Shown here: positions 47,401 through 55,422 of the stretch, piece after piece | Layout: every line of letters begins with the position of its first letter | How positions within the stretch are numbered: the stretch's first letter is position 1 | Source: a virus | DNA: 64,000 nt | IMG/VR virus record: IMGVR_UViG_3300012677_000092 | Direction: 5' to 3' (one strand) | The notes under the pieces: model-generated | Database searches by the model: none | Told to the model about the DNA's origin: nothing | Seen by the model: only the letters and a program-made list of their open reading frames with translations | Program-made: the position numbers and the translations under genes

Positions 47401-48328
47401 ATCGCCACCAGTTCATAGCTACTTCATCCATATTCCCCTGGGTAATGGCTGTAATGTCCGTATCCGTAAAGTGGAATGTAATAAATTCTCGATTCGGTGT
47501 CTTAATAAATCTACTATCAATATTCCCATATGGAAGATCCGGTTCGATTTCATGAATCCAGAAACCACGCTCCTGACCTTCATCATTGAAGTTGCAAGCA
47601 TTGATAGCTCCGGAATAATAAACATTCTCCATTCCTGCTACAAGCTGCGGTCTATGTATATGACCGAGTGCAACCAAATCAAAATTTGCCGCCTGTAGAC
47701 TTTCCTGCGGTATGACAGGCTCAAATTGCGTCAGGAGTTGTGTCTGCCCGCTTTCGGTATTGCAACCAGGTACCGTATAATGAGCCATGAGAATAGCCGA
47801 TTTTCCGGTATCACATTGAGCCTTAAGTCCCATAACGATATTGGACAGCTCCTGCGTAAACACTTCGTTTTCTTCCTCTTTACTGAAGCCGGGAAATTTT
47901 GCCCGGTATTCTCCCCGGTTGAATCCTGGCAAAACGGCAATATCCGCATGCTCTGTCTTGATAACCTCTGGATTGATAACAATATGGACATTGTTAAAAT
48001 CAGAAAAATGTGTCTGTAATACCTTGAACTGCCCGTCACCATCGTGATTTGGCGTACCACGCATAACAACAACATGCTTTGAATATTCTGAAAGTTTAGT
48101 AATTGTTTTTATTGCAGTAACAACTTCGTCACAACACCTATCAGACCAGGTCTTGCCCGTGTGAAATATGTCTCCAGATACTAAAGCCAATTCCGGAATC
48201 TCTTCTGCTGCCTTTTCTATCATTGCATCAAGACATTTCTTAGTATCCAGAGAGCGGAGATTGATTCCGTCTTTTTCCGGTCCCTTAAAACTCCCAATGT
48301 GCCAATCAGCAGTATGTAAAATTTTCAT
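44468..48328 (-). CDS. SbcD(Mre11)-SbcC(Rad50) fusion nuclease/ATPase
   Basis: HTADWHIG, GDIFH, GTPNHD, LGHIH phosphoesterase; GSNGAGKS Walker A, SGGEK signature, FIDEP Walker B; long coiled coil. Confidence 0.9.
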   Translation of the reverse strand: MKILHTADWHIGSFKGPEKDGINLRSLDTKKCLDAMIEKAAEEIPELALVSGDIFHTGKTWSDRCCDEVVTAIKTITKLSEYSKHVVVMRGTPNHDGDGQFKVLQTHFSDFNNVHIVINPEVIKTEHADIAVLPGFNRGEYRAKFPGFSKEEENEVFTQELSNIVMGLKAQCDTGKSAILMAHYTVPGCNTESGQTQLLTQFEPVIPQESLQAANFDLVALGHIHRPQLVAGMENVYYSGAINACNFNDEGQERGFWIHEIEPDLPYGNIDSRFIKTPNREFITFHFTDTDITAITQGNMDEVAMNWWRWNGAVAGKIVRILYECSAEKHKALNTAPIEKTLYEDGAFYVSGITPERVDPSADRTDLSQQTDPEENLRMYLEEKQLEPEVIGRLIEKARPIIAEAMASDTTAAFSGMFIPIEIEVKNYRAYAEERFSFEDIHFCTINGSNGAGKSSLFMDAIIDCIFEEPREGKSTSVKVPWLRNAEGVRSGYIAFTFTIGDNIYRITRTRAKSGPITLSLAEFVDGEWQDRSKERANDTQAEIEKLIGVDSITFKSCALIMQDQYGLFLQAKKEDRMVVLGNLLGLGIYEEMGWIAKDKSAEFKRIIDRKKQSIKVQADNILSAGKPKEELEEAEARQQELDQQLNTKNLEKETSTILLNSKKAAKERYVKLTDSITILERKKWTAEENRGLQNNIMADCDGMLAEEPEITVQVGRYRELLEKEKQLIEGSTLYNTKVAETNAIQVEIIAATGEIKGYRLELDSLNKQLDNSGSQADRDEITKKADEYKQKKEQLDKMYALAQEFSRLSELVDRKAYALSNKKAILNEKERMLNGEQAALERKASLLADSGCIDLDNAKCRFLADAVESKNLLKNYSAKFATLEKKRNTELMALEKELKEAETERDKLGYSKEDMEKLRQECNNLKPFEGKLKALQEHESNIILIKASITNMQLNLSKAEEMLGMLKIRAQETEDERLKYQYCHIEHEHVVQEIEDLKFWVEKEKQLPVAKERKGNSEKRLLELSEEIVNLENDIRENQERAQAEMESAEGVESLEEQVRFIQADIDQLTKKSKENQIAIGSLKQKIEEVRRMKKAIDALQAEITDRSENAADYDTLKLSFSQDGIPHQIIRTVIPKLSATANNILGQMTGGQLGVDFATEKVLKNGKKEVVTLDIFIEEYGKSSLPYLSKSGGEKVKASLSVILALAEMKASTAGIQFGMLFIDEPPFLDADGIQAYCDALETIRERYPNIRIMAITHDPTMKSRFPQSLDVVKTEQGSKVLMG

Positions 48329-48391
48329 ACAAAATACCTCCTTTTCTCTGCGACTCTCTTCATCTTTGGATAAAGCTTTTCGAACTGTTCA

Positions 48392-49498
48392 TTATCTTCC
48401 CCTCCCTTGTTCACTTTTTACAATCTTCTGGCATTTAAAACAAAGTGGGCGCCCATAATGTTCATAAGAATAGTCCCAAACTTTTTCAGGGATAACTACA
48501 CCACATTTATCACAACTAAAATCTTGAGTCCTATCTTGTTCAAAATGCTGTGATTCCTGTACTGGATTCTCTTGTGCCTTCTGTATAGGTACATCTTCTT
48601 CAAGAGATTGTTCTGTCGGCAGATCAACTTCATCTTCTGCATCAGGTATCTGGGGAATTGAAATTGTCTGCATTACCGGCTGGGCAGAACCAAACAAATT
48701 GCCAACTGATTGCATACACTGCTGCAACATCATCTGCTTTACCATCGGATCATTGTAATCTGGTGAAAAAGACATTCTTGCCACTGCAAAAGGTTTCTTC
48801 AATTCCTCTATCGTATATGTGCTTTTAATACCGGTAAGATCCCTAATCACCCTTAGAATAGCCCCTGTAGCCGCCTTCTGCGGGGCATTCGCCCTAAGCT
48901 GTGCCATGGCATCAAGCAAGCTGCATTCTATATATTTGCTCCGATCTTCTTCGGCAACAACATATACCTTTATCGGATAGCCTTTATCATTTACCTTTCC
49001 GGTTTCAACCCAGGAACCGGCATATTTCTCCGATGCTTTCTTTGCAGATTTGTAATCCGTTATTCCTTGAACCGCTTTTTCTTCATACGCCAATCTATAT
49101 TTCTTTTCTTCGGTAAGCAAATCAATTACTTTGAAATTACTACTTGTACGAATACTTCCGTCTGGCAATTTTAATGCTCCAAATGCACTGGCCTTCCACG
49201 TGTTTTCATCCATTTTCACAACATCACCGGCGCCGGGTGCAAATTGAATGCCAGCCTCCGTAGCAAGCCTTTGTAAAAATGGCTTTGTAAGAGAGTATAA
49301 ATCCTCCCATTGATTGTTCCCCAGGCTCCTCGAACCAACTTTGTAAATTTGTGAGGCATTTGGATTTGTATCCACGTAAAGAAGGGATACGCTGAGTTTG
49401 TAGTATGGATTAATCTGCTGTGACTCCACAAAAGGGATAGCAAGATTATAATCGTTCCTCTGGCTGAGGACTTTTTGAATTGATAAAGATGTTTCCAT
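48392..49498 (-). CDS. Hypothetical recombination-associated protein with C-terminal zinc ribbon
   Basis: Adjacent to the SbcCD fusion; CDKCG...PLCFKCQ. Confidence 0.5.
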   Translation of the reverse strand: METSLSIQKVLSQRNDYNLAIPFVESQQINPYYKLSVSLLYVDTNPNASQIYKVGSRSLGNNQWEDLYSLTKPFLQRLATEAGIQFAPGAGDVVKMDENTWKASAFGALKLPDGSIRTSSNFKVIDLLTEEKKYRLAYEEKAVQGITDYKSAKKASEKYAGSWVETGKVNDKGYPIKVYVVAEEDRSKYIECSLLDAMAQLRANAPQKAATGAILRVIRDLTGIKSTYTIEELKKPFAVARMSFSPDYNDPMVKQMMLQQCMQSVGNLFGSAQPVMQTISIPQIPDAEDEVDLPTEQSLEEDVPIQKAQENPVQESQHFEQDRTQDFSCDKCGVVIPEKVWDYSYEHYGRPLCFKCQKIVKSEQGRGR

Positions 49499-49519
49499 AG
49501 ATTTTCCTCCATATTGTCA

Positions 49520-49597
49520 TTGATTTATTTATAAAGTGATGATACAATATGGTTGACTGTAAGGGCGCTCTGGCATTTTGCCGGGTGCTCTTTTTCC
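49520..49597 (+). ncRNA. Putative short antisense RNA unit 1
   Basis: TTGATT-17-TACAAT (49520-49548), then GC-rich hairpin 49562-49591 and U-run. Confidence 0.45.
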
Positions 49598-49659
49598 ATA
49601 TTGTCTGCCACTTTACGCATGGATGGCTGCACGACCTCGTTATAGCTAATTAGCTGCAT
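49525..49659 (-). CDS. 44-aa hypothetical peptide (not in ORF track)
   Basis: MQLISYNEVVQPSMRKVADNMEKEHPAKCQSALTVNHIVSSLYK with GGAGG RBS. Confidence 0.45.
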   Translation of the reverse strand: MQLISYNEVVQPSMRKVADNMEKEHPAKCQSALTVNHIVSSLYK

Positions 49660-50192
49660 GCTATTCCCTCCCAGTATTGTTTCCTCATGGCTTCAACACT
49701 ACTTTTTACATACCTGCTTACAATGGACTGGGACACCCCAACGATTTCCGCTGCCGCCTCTTGCTTTAATCCCTGGCAGACAGTCAGTTCCACCGCCTGT
49801 TTTTGCTTTGACGGTAAAATATCCAACATCGTTTCGGCGAAATCCGAAAGTTCCACTTTTTCAAAACCCTTTTCCATGCCAGGTATTATATCTTTTAGCA
49901 TTATTTGATTCTCGCCATCGTCATTTAACGGTTCTTCAAGAGAACGGATCCCGGCATGTCTGCGCAGTTTTCTAATCTCCATAAGTATTTCGTTCTGTAT
50001 AACCGTGCCGGCGAAGGTTGAAAACTTGAATCCTTTTCCCTCATCATAGGCATTCGCAGCCTTAACCAGACCAAACAAAGCGATTGCAATTAGTTCATCC
50101 ATTGATATTTCGCTGTTCTTAAATTTCCAGGCTATATGGTAAGCAAATTTCATATTGCCCGTGACCAGTTCTTCCGTATCCTTGTCCTTCAC
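49650..50192 (-). CDS. Sigma-70 family factor resembling sporulation SigE/SigK
   Basis: GLVKAANAYDEGKGFKFSTFA..VIQNEILMEIRK, SLEEPL..D.ENQIMLKDII. Confidence 0.85.
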   Translation of the reverse strand: MKDKDTEELVTGNMKFAYHIAWKFKNSEISMDELIAIALFGLVKAANAYDEGKGFKFSTFAGTVIQNEILMEIRKLRRHAGIRSLEEPLNDDGENQIMLKDIIPGMEKGFEKVELSDFAETMLDILPSKQKQAVELTVCQGLKQEAAAEIVGVSQSIVSRYVKSSVEAMRKQYWEGIACS

Positions 50193-50205
50193 TTCTTCAC
50201 CCCCG

Positions 50206-50445
50206 TTATGTAAAGTTCCTCAGGCATTTCCCGCACAGGTATACATCCCTATGCTCCCGCAGATGCTCCTCAATTTCAGTTCCGCAGCTTATGCAGCTTT
50301 TCGCAGCCCTTTTCATGTGGATCACATTACCTTCCGCAAATATGTCAACAGGGTCGCCTTCTTTAATCCTTAAATCTCTCCTTATTTCTTTTGGGATTAC
50401 GACTCTCCCCAAATCGTCAATATGACGAATGATTCCTTTTACCAT
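50206..50445 (-). CDS. AbrB/MazE/SpoVT family DNA-binding protein
   Basis: GIIRHIDDLGRVVIPKEIRR, C-terminal CISCG...CGKC as in AbrB. Confidence 0.9.
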   Translation of the reverse strand: MVKGIIRHIDDLGRVVIPKEIRRDLRIKEGDPVDIFAEGNVIHMKRAAKSCISCGTEIEEHLREHRDVYLCGKCLRNFT

Positions 50446-50538
50446 TGACTTTCCTACCTTTCCAGCTTTATAATAAGGCTATAGTGATTATTGTTAGTTA
50501 CTGTTGTCCTGTTTGCTTGCCGGTGCAGGACTTTTATT
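50445..50538 (+). ncRNA. Putative short antisense RNA unit 2
   Basis: TTGACT-18-TATAAT (50445-50474), hairpin gtcctg...caggac 50506-50531, then TTTT. Confidence 0.5.
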
Positions 50539-50604
50539 TTCAAATTCTTTAATTTCTTCCCTAGTAGCTTTTCTAACCGCAATAATCTCAATCACATTAC
50601 TCAC
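50494..50604 (-). CDS. 36-aa hypothetical peptide (not in ORF track)
   Basis: GTG start, VIEIIAVRKATREEIKEFENKSPAPASKQDNSN; its 3' end encodes the unit-2 hairpin. Confidence 0.4.
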   Translation of the reverse strand: MSNVIEIIAVRKATREEIKEFENKSPAPASKQDNSN

Positions 50605-50791
50605 CATCTTTCTCTTTTTCTTCCTGCATATGTATCCTCGCAAGGGCTGTTACAATTGCTTTCCGGTAATATTCCTCCATATAGCCCGGGACCATATATG
50701 CTTTGTCGTTTATCTCCTCTAAGATAATGTTTACTTTTTCGCCTATCAACATCAACTTTACTCCTTCCCTGTAAGCGATCCATATTAGCAA
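50597..50791 (-). CDS. Small hypothetical protein
   Basis: RBS before MLIGEKVN. Confidence 0.5.
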   Translation of the reverse strand: MLIWIAYREGVKLMLIGEKVNIILEEINDKAYMVPGYMEEYYRKAIVTALARIHMQEEKEKDGE

Positions 50792-50942
50792 GCCCCCACA
50801 TTATCACGTATAATGCATTTATCCAGAGCAGATATACCTCAAATAAAGTATCTGTTTCTATGCACCCCAATAAAATCAGATCGGCTACAGCTAACGCTGC
50901 TATCACATCACTTATTTTTTTTAACAATCTACGCACTTTCAT
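50601..50942 (-). CDS. Small membrane protein (two hydrophobic segments)
   Basis: VIAALAVADLILLGC and VYLLWINALYVIMWGL; 3' end overlaps the next ORF. Confidence 0.4.
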   Translation of the reverse strand: MKVRRLLKKISDVIAALAVADLILLGCIETDTLFEVYLLWINALYVIMWGLANMDRLQGRSKVDVDRRKSKHYLRGDKRQSIYGPGLYGGILPESNCNSPCEDTYAGRKRERW

Positions 50943-51120
50943 ATGCAGCCTCCAGATTCATAGTAATTTGATTTGTTTCATCCTTATGTAAGAGCTTCTC
51001 ATAAATCAGCTCCTGTCGTGTTTTTTGCTCTTGGCAATCGCAACGTTCACCAGGATCAAGATTAGCTCCGCACATATCACAACGGTTATAATACATTTTG
51101 CACCTCCTAATTATTTCCAC
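50929..51120 (-). CDS. Small zinc-ribbon protein
   Basis: CDMCGANLDPGERCDC. Confidence 0.7.
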   Translation of the reverse strand: MEIIRRCKMYYNRCDMCGANLDPGERCDCQEQKTRQELIYEKLLHKDETNQITMNLEAAYESA

Positions 51121-51352
51121 ATTTAATATCGTAGTATTTCTTTGGTATTCTGCCTGCAGGGTACTCAGAAATCAATTTTCCGGAAGCAATCAACTCTTCC
51201 CTAAGTGCCCGAATGACTTTATAGGCTTTCGGCTTAGAGATTCCTAAAAGTTTCATTACATCCTCTACTAAGTAATAATTCCTTTCTTCTTTAGTAATCA
51301 CTTTCAATACGCCATTCTGTTCTGCTGGCATTACTGGTGCCTGTACTGACAT
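51107..51352 (-). CDS. Excisionase-like winged-helix protein
   Basis: VEDVMKLLGISKPKAYKVIR...GRIPKKYY. Confidence 0.7.
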   Translation of the reverse strand: MSVQAPVMPAEQNGVLKVITKEERNYYLVEDVMKLLGISKPKAYKVIRALREELIASGKLISEYPAGRIPKKYYDIKCGNN

Positions 51353-51853
51353 TTAAAATCCCCCTTTCAATAAATTTTTTTCCACCCATGCTTTCAGACT
51401 CTGTGCAACACCGGCAACTTCGTCTAAATTGCTTAAAATCTTTTCCAGCTCCGGTTTCTCATTTGATGAAATGACTCCATCCTCTGTAATATCCAGTAAA
51501 ATGTCTTTCGTCTCTGAAAGCCTTCGGAAAGAAGCTAATGCCTTTATGGTAATTCTGTCTAAATCATCCAATTCTATTTTGGGAACATCGTATCCTAATG
51601 GACAAACTTCTCTGCAATAGTAATTTTTCAGTTCCGGCGCATTATATAAATCTGCCATTAGCAATACTTCTTCTGGATACGGCATCAAACTACCAAGTTC
51701 AATACGAGCCAATCTGGTTCTATCTATACCAAGTTCCTCTGCGGCTCCTTCTCTACTACTCAACCTATCATTTTTTGTGGAAGCCTCAAATCGTGCTTCA
51801 TAAAATACGTTACCAGCTGCTTTCGTGGCAATTTTGGACATTTTCTTTTTCAC
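51353..51853 (-). CDS. XRE-like phage regulator (CII position)
   Basis: SREGAAEELGIDRTRLARIELG...YPEEVLLMADLYNAPEL. Confidence 0.7.
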   Translation of the reverse strand: MKKKMSKIATKAAGNVFYEARFEASTKNDRLSSREGAAEELGIDRTRLARIELGSLMPYPEEVLLMADLYNAPELKNYYCREVCPLGYDVPKIELDDLDRITIKALASFRRLSETKDILLDITEDGVISSNEKPELEKILSNLDEVAGVAQSLKAWVEKNLLKGGF

Positions 51854-51873
51854 CTCTCAATCATATAATATAG

Positions 51874-52077
51874 TTATATTTCATTATGAAATGTCAGGGA
51901 GCAAAAAAAATCATCTAGTGAAATACCCAGTGCATCTGCTATTTTTTTAGCCTTTTCAATCGGTGGCTTACGAGAACCATTTTCATACTGCGAAATTGTA
52001 GATTGTTTCAAGCCAACTTCTTTGCTTAACTCAGCTTGAGACATACCATTCTTCTCACGTAATTCTTTTAACGTCAT
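51874..52077 (-). CDS. Cro-like XRE repressor
   Basis: 67-aa HTH_3, divergent from cI. Confidence 0.9.
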   Translation of the reverse strand: MTLKELREKNGMSQAELSKEVGLKQSTISQYENGSRKPPIEKAKKIADALGISLDDFFCSLTFHNEI

Positions 52078-52195
52078 ATATTCACCTCCCTTTTTATTTC
52101 TTTATGAAATAATTATAGCGAATCGAAATAATTTTGTCAATAAAAATCTATCATTTATTTCAATAAGAAATTTGTTAACTATTTCATTTTGTGAT
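51878..52195. promoter_or_regulatory. Lysis/lysogeny switch operators, consensus ATTTC-N5-GAAAT
   Basis: 15-bp palindromes at 51878-51892, 52096-52110, 52157-52171 and a degenerate copy at 52181-52195. Confidence 0.7.
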
Positions 52196-52206
52196 ATTGT
52201 ACTATT

Positions 52207-52869
52207 ATGGAGGTGAATTTATTGATTGGTATAAAATTGAAAAAACTCAGAGAAGCAAGAGGTTTAAATCAGGATGAATTATCCAAAAAGCTAAATATAG
52301 AGCAAAGTACATTAGCCAACTACGAAAATAATAGGAGAACCCCAAAAACAGATATTCTTATTGAAATTGCAAATTATTTTAATGTTACAACAGATTATTT
52401 ACTTGGTACTGGAATTTTCAATGAAGAGTGTCAGAATCTTGTCATTTTATACAGGAATGTAATATTAAATCAAATTTATAAAGAAGAATTAATAACTAAA
52501 AAAATGTACGGTAGACTTCTAAGTTGTAATGATGATAGTTTTTTATTATTTATGTCCACAATAATCACTGATATATCCGGAGATAAGAATAAAATAAACT
52601 ATAAATATATGCCTTCTATTGGAGTCTTAGGTAAAGAAATGTTCAAGACACTTACTCTCGATGAGAAGGATGATTACAAACACCATGTATATCACGAAAG
52701 TCAGTTAAGATCGGATCAACAAGAAATCATGGATAAAATAGCTGATTTACCATCTGAACAACAGAAAAAAATATTAGATTATATAACAATATCCTATGAA
52801 ATAGAAAATTTATCATCCGTTGCAGCAGATGAAAATTTAAAAACAGGAACTGATAAACTGGGAAAATAA
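52207..52869 (+). CDS. CI-like immunity repressor
   Basis: N-terminal HTH_3; C-terminal SVAAD...KTGT tail; divergent from cro. Confidence 0.85.
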   Translation: MEVNLLIGIKLKKLREARGLNQDELSKKLNIEQSTLANYENNRRTPKTDILIEIANYFNVTTDYLLGTGIFNEECQNLVILYRNVILNQIYKEELITKKMYGRLLSCNDDSFLLFMSTIITDISGDKNKINYKYMPSIGVLGKEMFKTLTLDEKDDYKHHVYHESQLRSDQQEIMDKIADLPSEQQKKILDYITISYEIENLSSVAADENLKTGTDKLGK

Positions 52870-52922
52870 TACCCTTCGAGTGGTACCGGAGGGTTAAATA
52901 ACTATTGGAGGTGCTTTTTATT

Positions 52923-53336
52923 ATGAAGAAAACTCTTGTTTTTCTTTTATTACTTTTTCTGATAACTGGATGCTCATCAATTAAAAGTGACAATTCTACC
53001 GAAACAGAATCACACACCCAAGAAATCACAAATATCCTTTCCGAGCAATATTATATGGGAAATATTGATTATGCAGTTCAGGTAATACGCTTTAATGCAG
53101 ATGAGGTAATAGAATGGATTGACTGTGGTCTTGCACGAGCCCAAGATAAACGTACAAAATACTATGGAACTTATGAAATTGACGGAAGGAAATTGACGAT
53201 ATCACTGTCGGGACAAGATGATATGAATTGTGTTATTCATGAAGATAGAGACTCCATAACAATTGATGGAATCACATTTTCTAAAATTAAAGATATAAAT
53301 AAATTATCAGAAGAAACTCTTAAAAAGTTCGATTAA
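52923..53336 (+). CDS. Lipoprotein, possible superinfection exclusion
   Basis: MKK signal peptide and lipobox LITGC; co-transcribed with cI. Confidence 0.6.
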   Translation: MKKTLVFLLLLFLITGCSSIKSDNSTETESHTQEITNILSEQYYMGNIDYAVQVIRFNADEVIEWIDCGLARAQDKRTKYYGTYEIDGRKLTISLSGQDDMNCVIHEDRDSITIDGITFSKIKDINKLSEETLKKFD

Positions 53337-53377
53337 TTAAATAACTACGGAGTTCGATTATGTGTAATAGAGTATAA

Positions 53378-53405
53378 TGGGAGGCTGACTCACCTCCCAT
53401 TATTA
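53378..53405. terminator. Bidirectional terminator between lipoprotein and hicB
   Basis: taatgggagg-ctgactca-cctcccatta perfect stem. Confidence 0.7.
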
Positions 53406-53416
53406 CACTATCTTGA

Positions 53417-53806
53417 CTATACTTTACTAATCAAAGCATCCTGCAATACTCGTGAAAAGTTAATATTCTTTTCCTCACAAAGAGTATTAAGCCATGTTGG
53501 AATACTTAAAGTTTTTTTAACAGCTTTGTCGCTATGCTTTTTGGCATATTCATTCAAATCCACCAAGACCATATTGACAAATGCTTTTTCATCATCCTTT
53601 TCTACCTGTTCAATAGGCGTTGCTTCAGGAATAGGATCTCCATCACGAAGAGCAGTAAACAAGTATAGACCACATGCGTCCTCAGCCATGGCCAAAGCCT
53701 CCGTGAGATCATCGCCGCAAGTGGCTAAATCATTTAAGTCAGGGAAAATAACTGAAAACTTCCCATCTTCCTCCGGATAAAATACAGCCGGATATACATA
53801 GTACAT
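53417..53806 (-). CDS. hicB: HicB family antitoxin (no intact cognate hicA)
   Basis: YPAVFYPEEDG.FSVIFPDL...TCGD...AMAEDA; C-terminal VKKTLSIPTWLN RHH. Confidence 0.9.
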   Translation of the reverse strand: MYYVYPAVFYPEEDGKFSVIFPDLNDLATCGDDLTEALAMAEDACGLYLFTALRDGDPIPEATPIEQVEKDDEKAFVNMVLVDLNEYAKKHSDKAVKKTLSIPTWLNTLCEEKNINFSRVLQDALISKV

Positions 53807-53856
53807 AATAACAGCTCCTTTCTTATTCAGAATCTATTTTTAAGGGGCAGAGGCTC

Positions 53857-53874
53857 TTATTTGAGCCCCGCCTG
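53857..53874 (-). pseudogene. 3'-terminal scar of hicA (QAGLK-stop)
   Basis: Minus strand CAG GCG GGG CTC AAA TAA inside a hairpin upstream of hicB; upstream codons are not HicA-like. Confidence 0.55.
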
Positions 53875-53886
53875 TGAGGTGAAACA

Positions 53887-55266
53887 ATGCCAGCATATAA
53901 AGATAAAAAACGTGGTACCTGGTACTGTCAATTCTATTATAAGGATTGGACTGGGGAAACCAAACAGAAACGTAAAAGAGGATTTAAAAGGGAAAAAGAT
54001 GCCAAGGAGTGGGAAAGGAATTTCCTGAATAATCTTGCAAAAACCAGTGACATAACTTTCCCAAATTTAGTTAATAATTATATGTCAGATTTAGCTACCA
54101 GGCTGAAGCCAACAACTATGGAAACTAAGCGGAGTATTTTTGACATTAAAATTACACCTTATTTCAAAAATTATAAAGTCTGTGACGTAGACGAACTGGC
54201 AATCCGACGTTGGCAAAATGAGTTGCTGAATTATCGGGATGATAATGGTAAGCCATATTCTGAAACTTATCTACGTACTATAAACAACCAGATTTCTGCT
54301 ATTCTTAATTATGCAACAGTATATTACAAGCTACCAAACAATCCCTGCCGGAAAGTTGGCAGCATAGGTAAATCCGAAGCCGATAGCATGAAGATATGGA
54401 CCTTAGACCAATTTGAACAGTTTATAGAACATGAAAATAAGCCTGCCGGCAGATTAGCATTTAATATCTTCTTTTGGAGTGGTATTCGTGAAGGGGAGTT
54501 GCTGGCTCTAACTCGGAGTGATTTCATTTATGATGGGGTAGATGATTATAAATTAAATATAAATAAAAATTTTGAAGTTGTAAAAGGTACCCAATATATT
54601 CTTACGCCAAAGACTGATGCCAGCCGGCGATGCATTTCCATTCCACAATTTTTATATAAAGAAGCCATTAAGTATTATGATTCCCTTTATGAACCTGAAC
54701 CAAAGGAACGGTTGTTTTACTTTACCAAAAGTTATCTCCTCTCTGATATTAAGCGGGTGGCAAAGCTGGCCGGTCTGGAACCGATACGTGTTCACGATCT
54801 TCGGCATTCCCATGCCTCGTTATTGATAGAAATGGGATTTAACATTCTCATGGTCTCGCAGCGTTTGGGGCATGAGAAAGTAGAAACGACCTGGCAAACA
54901 TACGCTCACTTATACCCTGATAAAGAAAAACTGTTGGCCACACAGCTTAATTCTGTGAAAATTCATGGTATCACGGCGAATCTTACCATTGAAGATCAGC
55001 TTACGAAGTTCATGGCACAGTTCCAGAGCCATATTACAGAGCAGCCGGCTCTTATTGATATCAGCAATGAGGAAATTATTCGATGGAATCCGGAAACCAG
55101 AGAAAAAATGATTATATCCAGAGAAGAGTTTGAGAACGAGGCAGAACTGGATGAAAACATAGAGGCCGAACTTGCCGTGGCCGAAATCTTCCAAGCAGGG
55201 TATATGGAGATTTGCGGCATGGTCTATTGCCTTGCCAGCCGGGGCTTACCCACAAAATATCTGTAA
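53887..55266 (+). CDS. Tyrosine integrase with C-terminal extension
   Basis: SGIREGELLAL, HDLRHSHASLL, RLGHEK, TYAHLY. Confidence 0.95.
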   Translation: MPAYKDKKRGTWYCQFYYKDWTGETKQKRKRGFKREKDAKEWERNFLNNLAKTSDITFPNLVNNYMSDLATRLKPTTMETKRSIFDIKITPYFKNYKVCDVDELAIRRWQNELLNYRDDNGKPYSETYLRTINNQISAILNYATVYYKLPNNPCRKVGSIGKSEADSMKIWTLDQFEQFIEHENKPAGRLAFNIFFWSGIREGELLALTRSDFIYDGVDDYKLNINKNFEVVKGTQYILTPKTDASRRCISIPQFLYKEAIKYYDSLYEPEPKERLFYFTKSYLLSDIKRVAKLAGLEPIRVHDLRHSHASLLIEMGFNILMVSQRLGHEKVETTWQTYAHLYPDKEKLLATQLNSVKIHGITANLTIEDQLTKFMAQFQSHITEQPALIDISNEEIIRWNPETREKMIISREEFENEAELDENIEAELAVAEIFQAGYMEICGMVYCLASRGLPTKYL

Positions 55267-55285
55267 CACAAAACATCTGTAATAC

Positions 55286-55422
55286 TTGCAACTTTAATTG
55301 AGATATGTTATATTGAATATAGAAAAAGAGCGACCGCCCACAAGGTGGAGCCTCGGTGTATATTACGTCCTACATGAGGACGCGCCTATCCCGTTTGCCG
55401 ACAGGGTAGGCATTTTTTATTT
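55286..55422 (+). ncRNA. Putative type I antitoxin RNA
   Basis: TTGCAA-17-TATATT with extended TG (55286-55314); hairpins; terminator gcctatccc...gggtaggc plus T-run, convergent with toxin 3' end. Confidence 0.6.
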
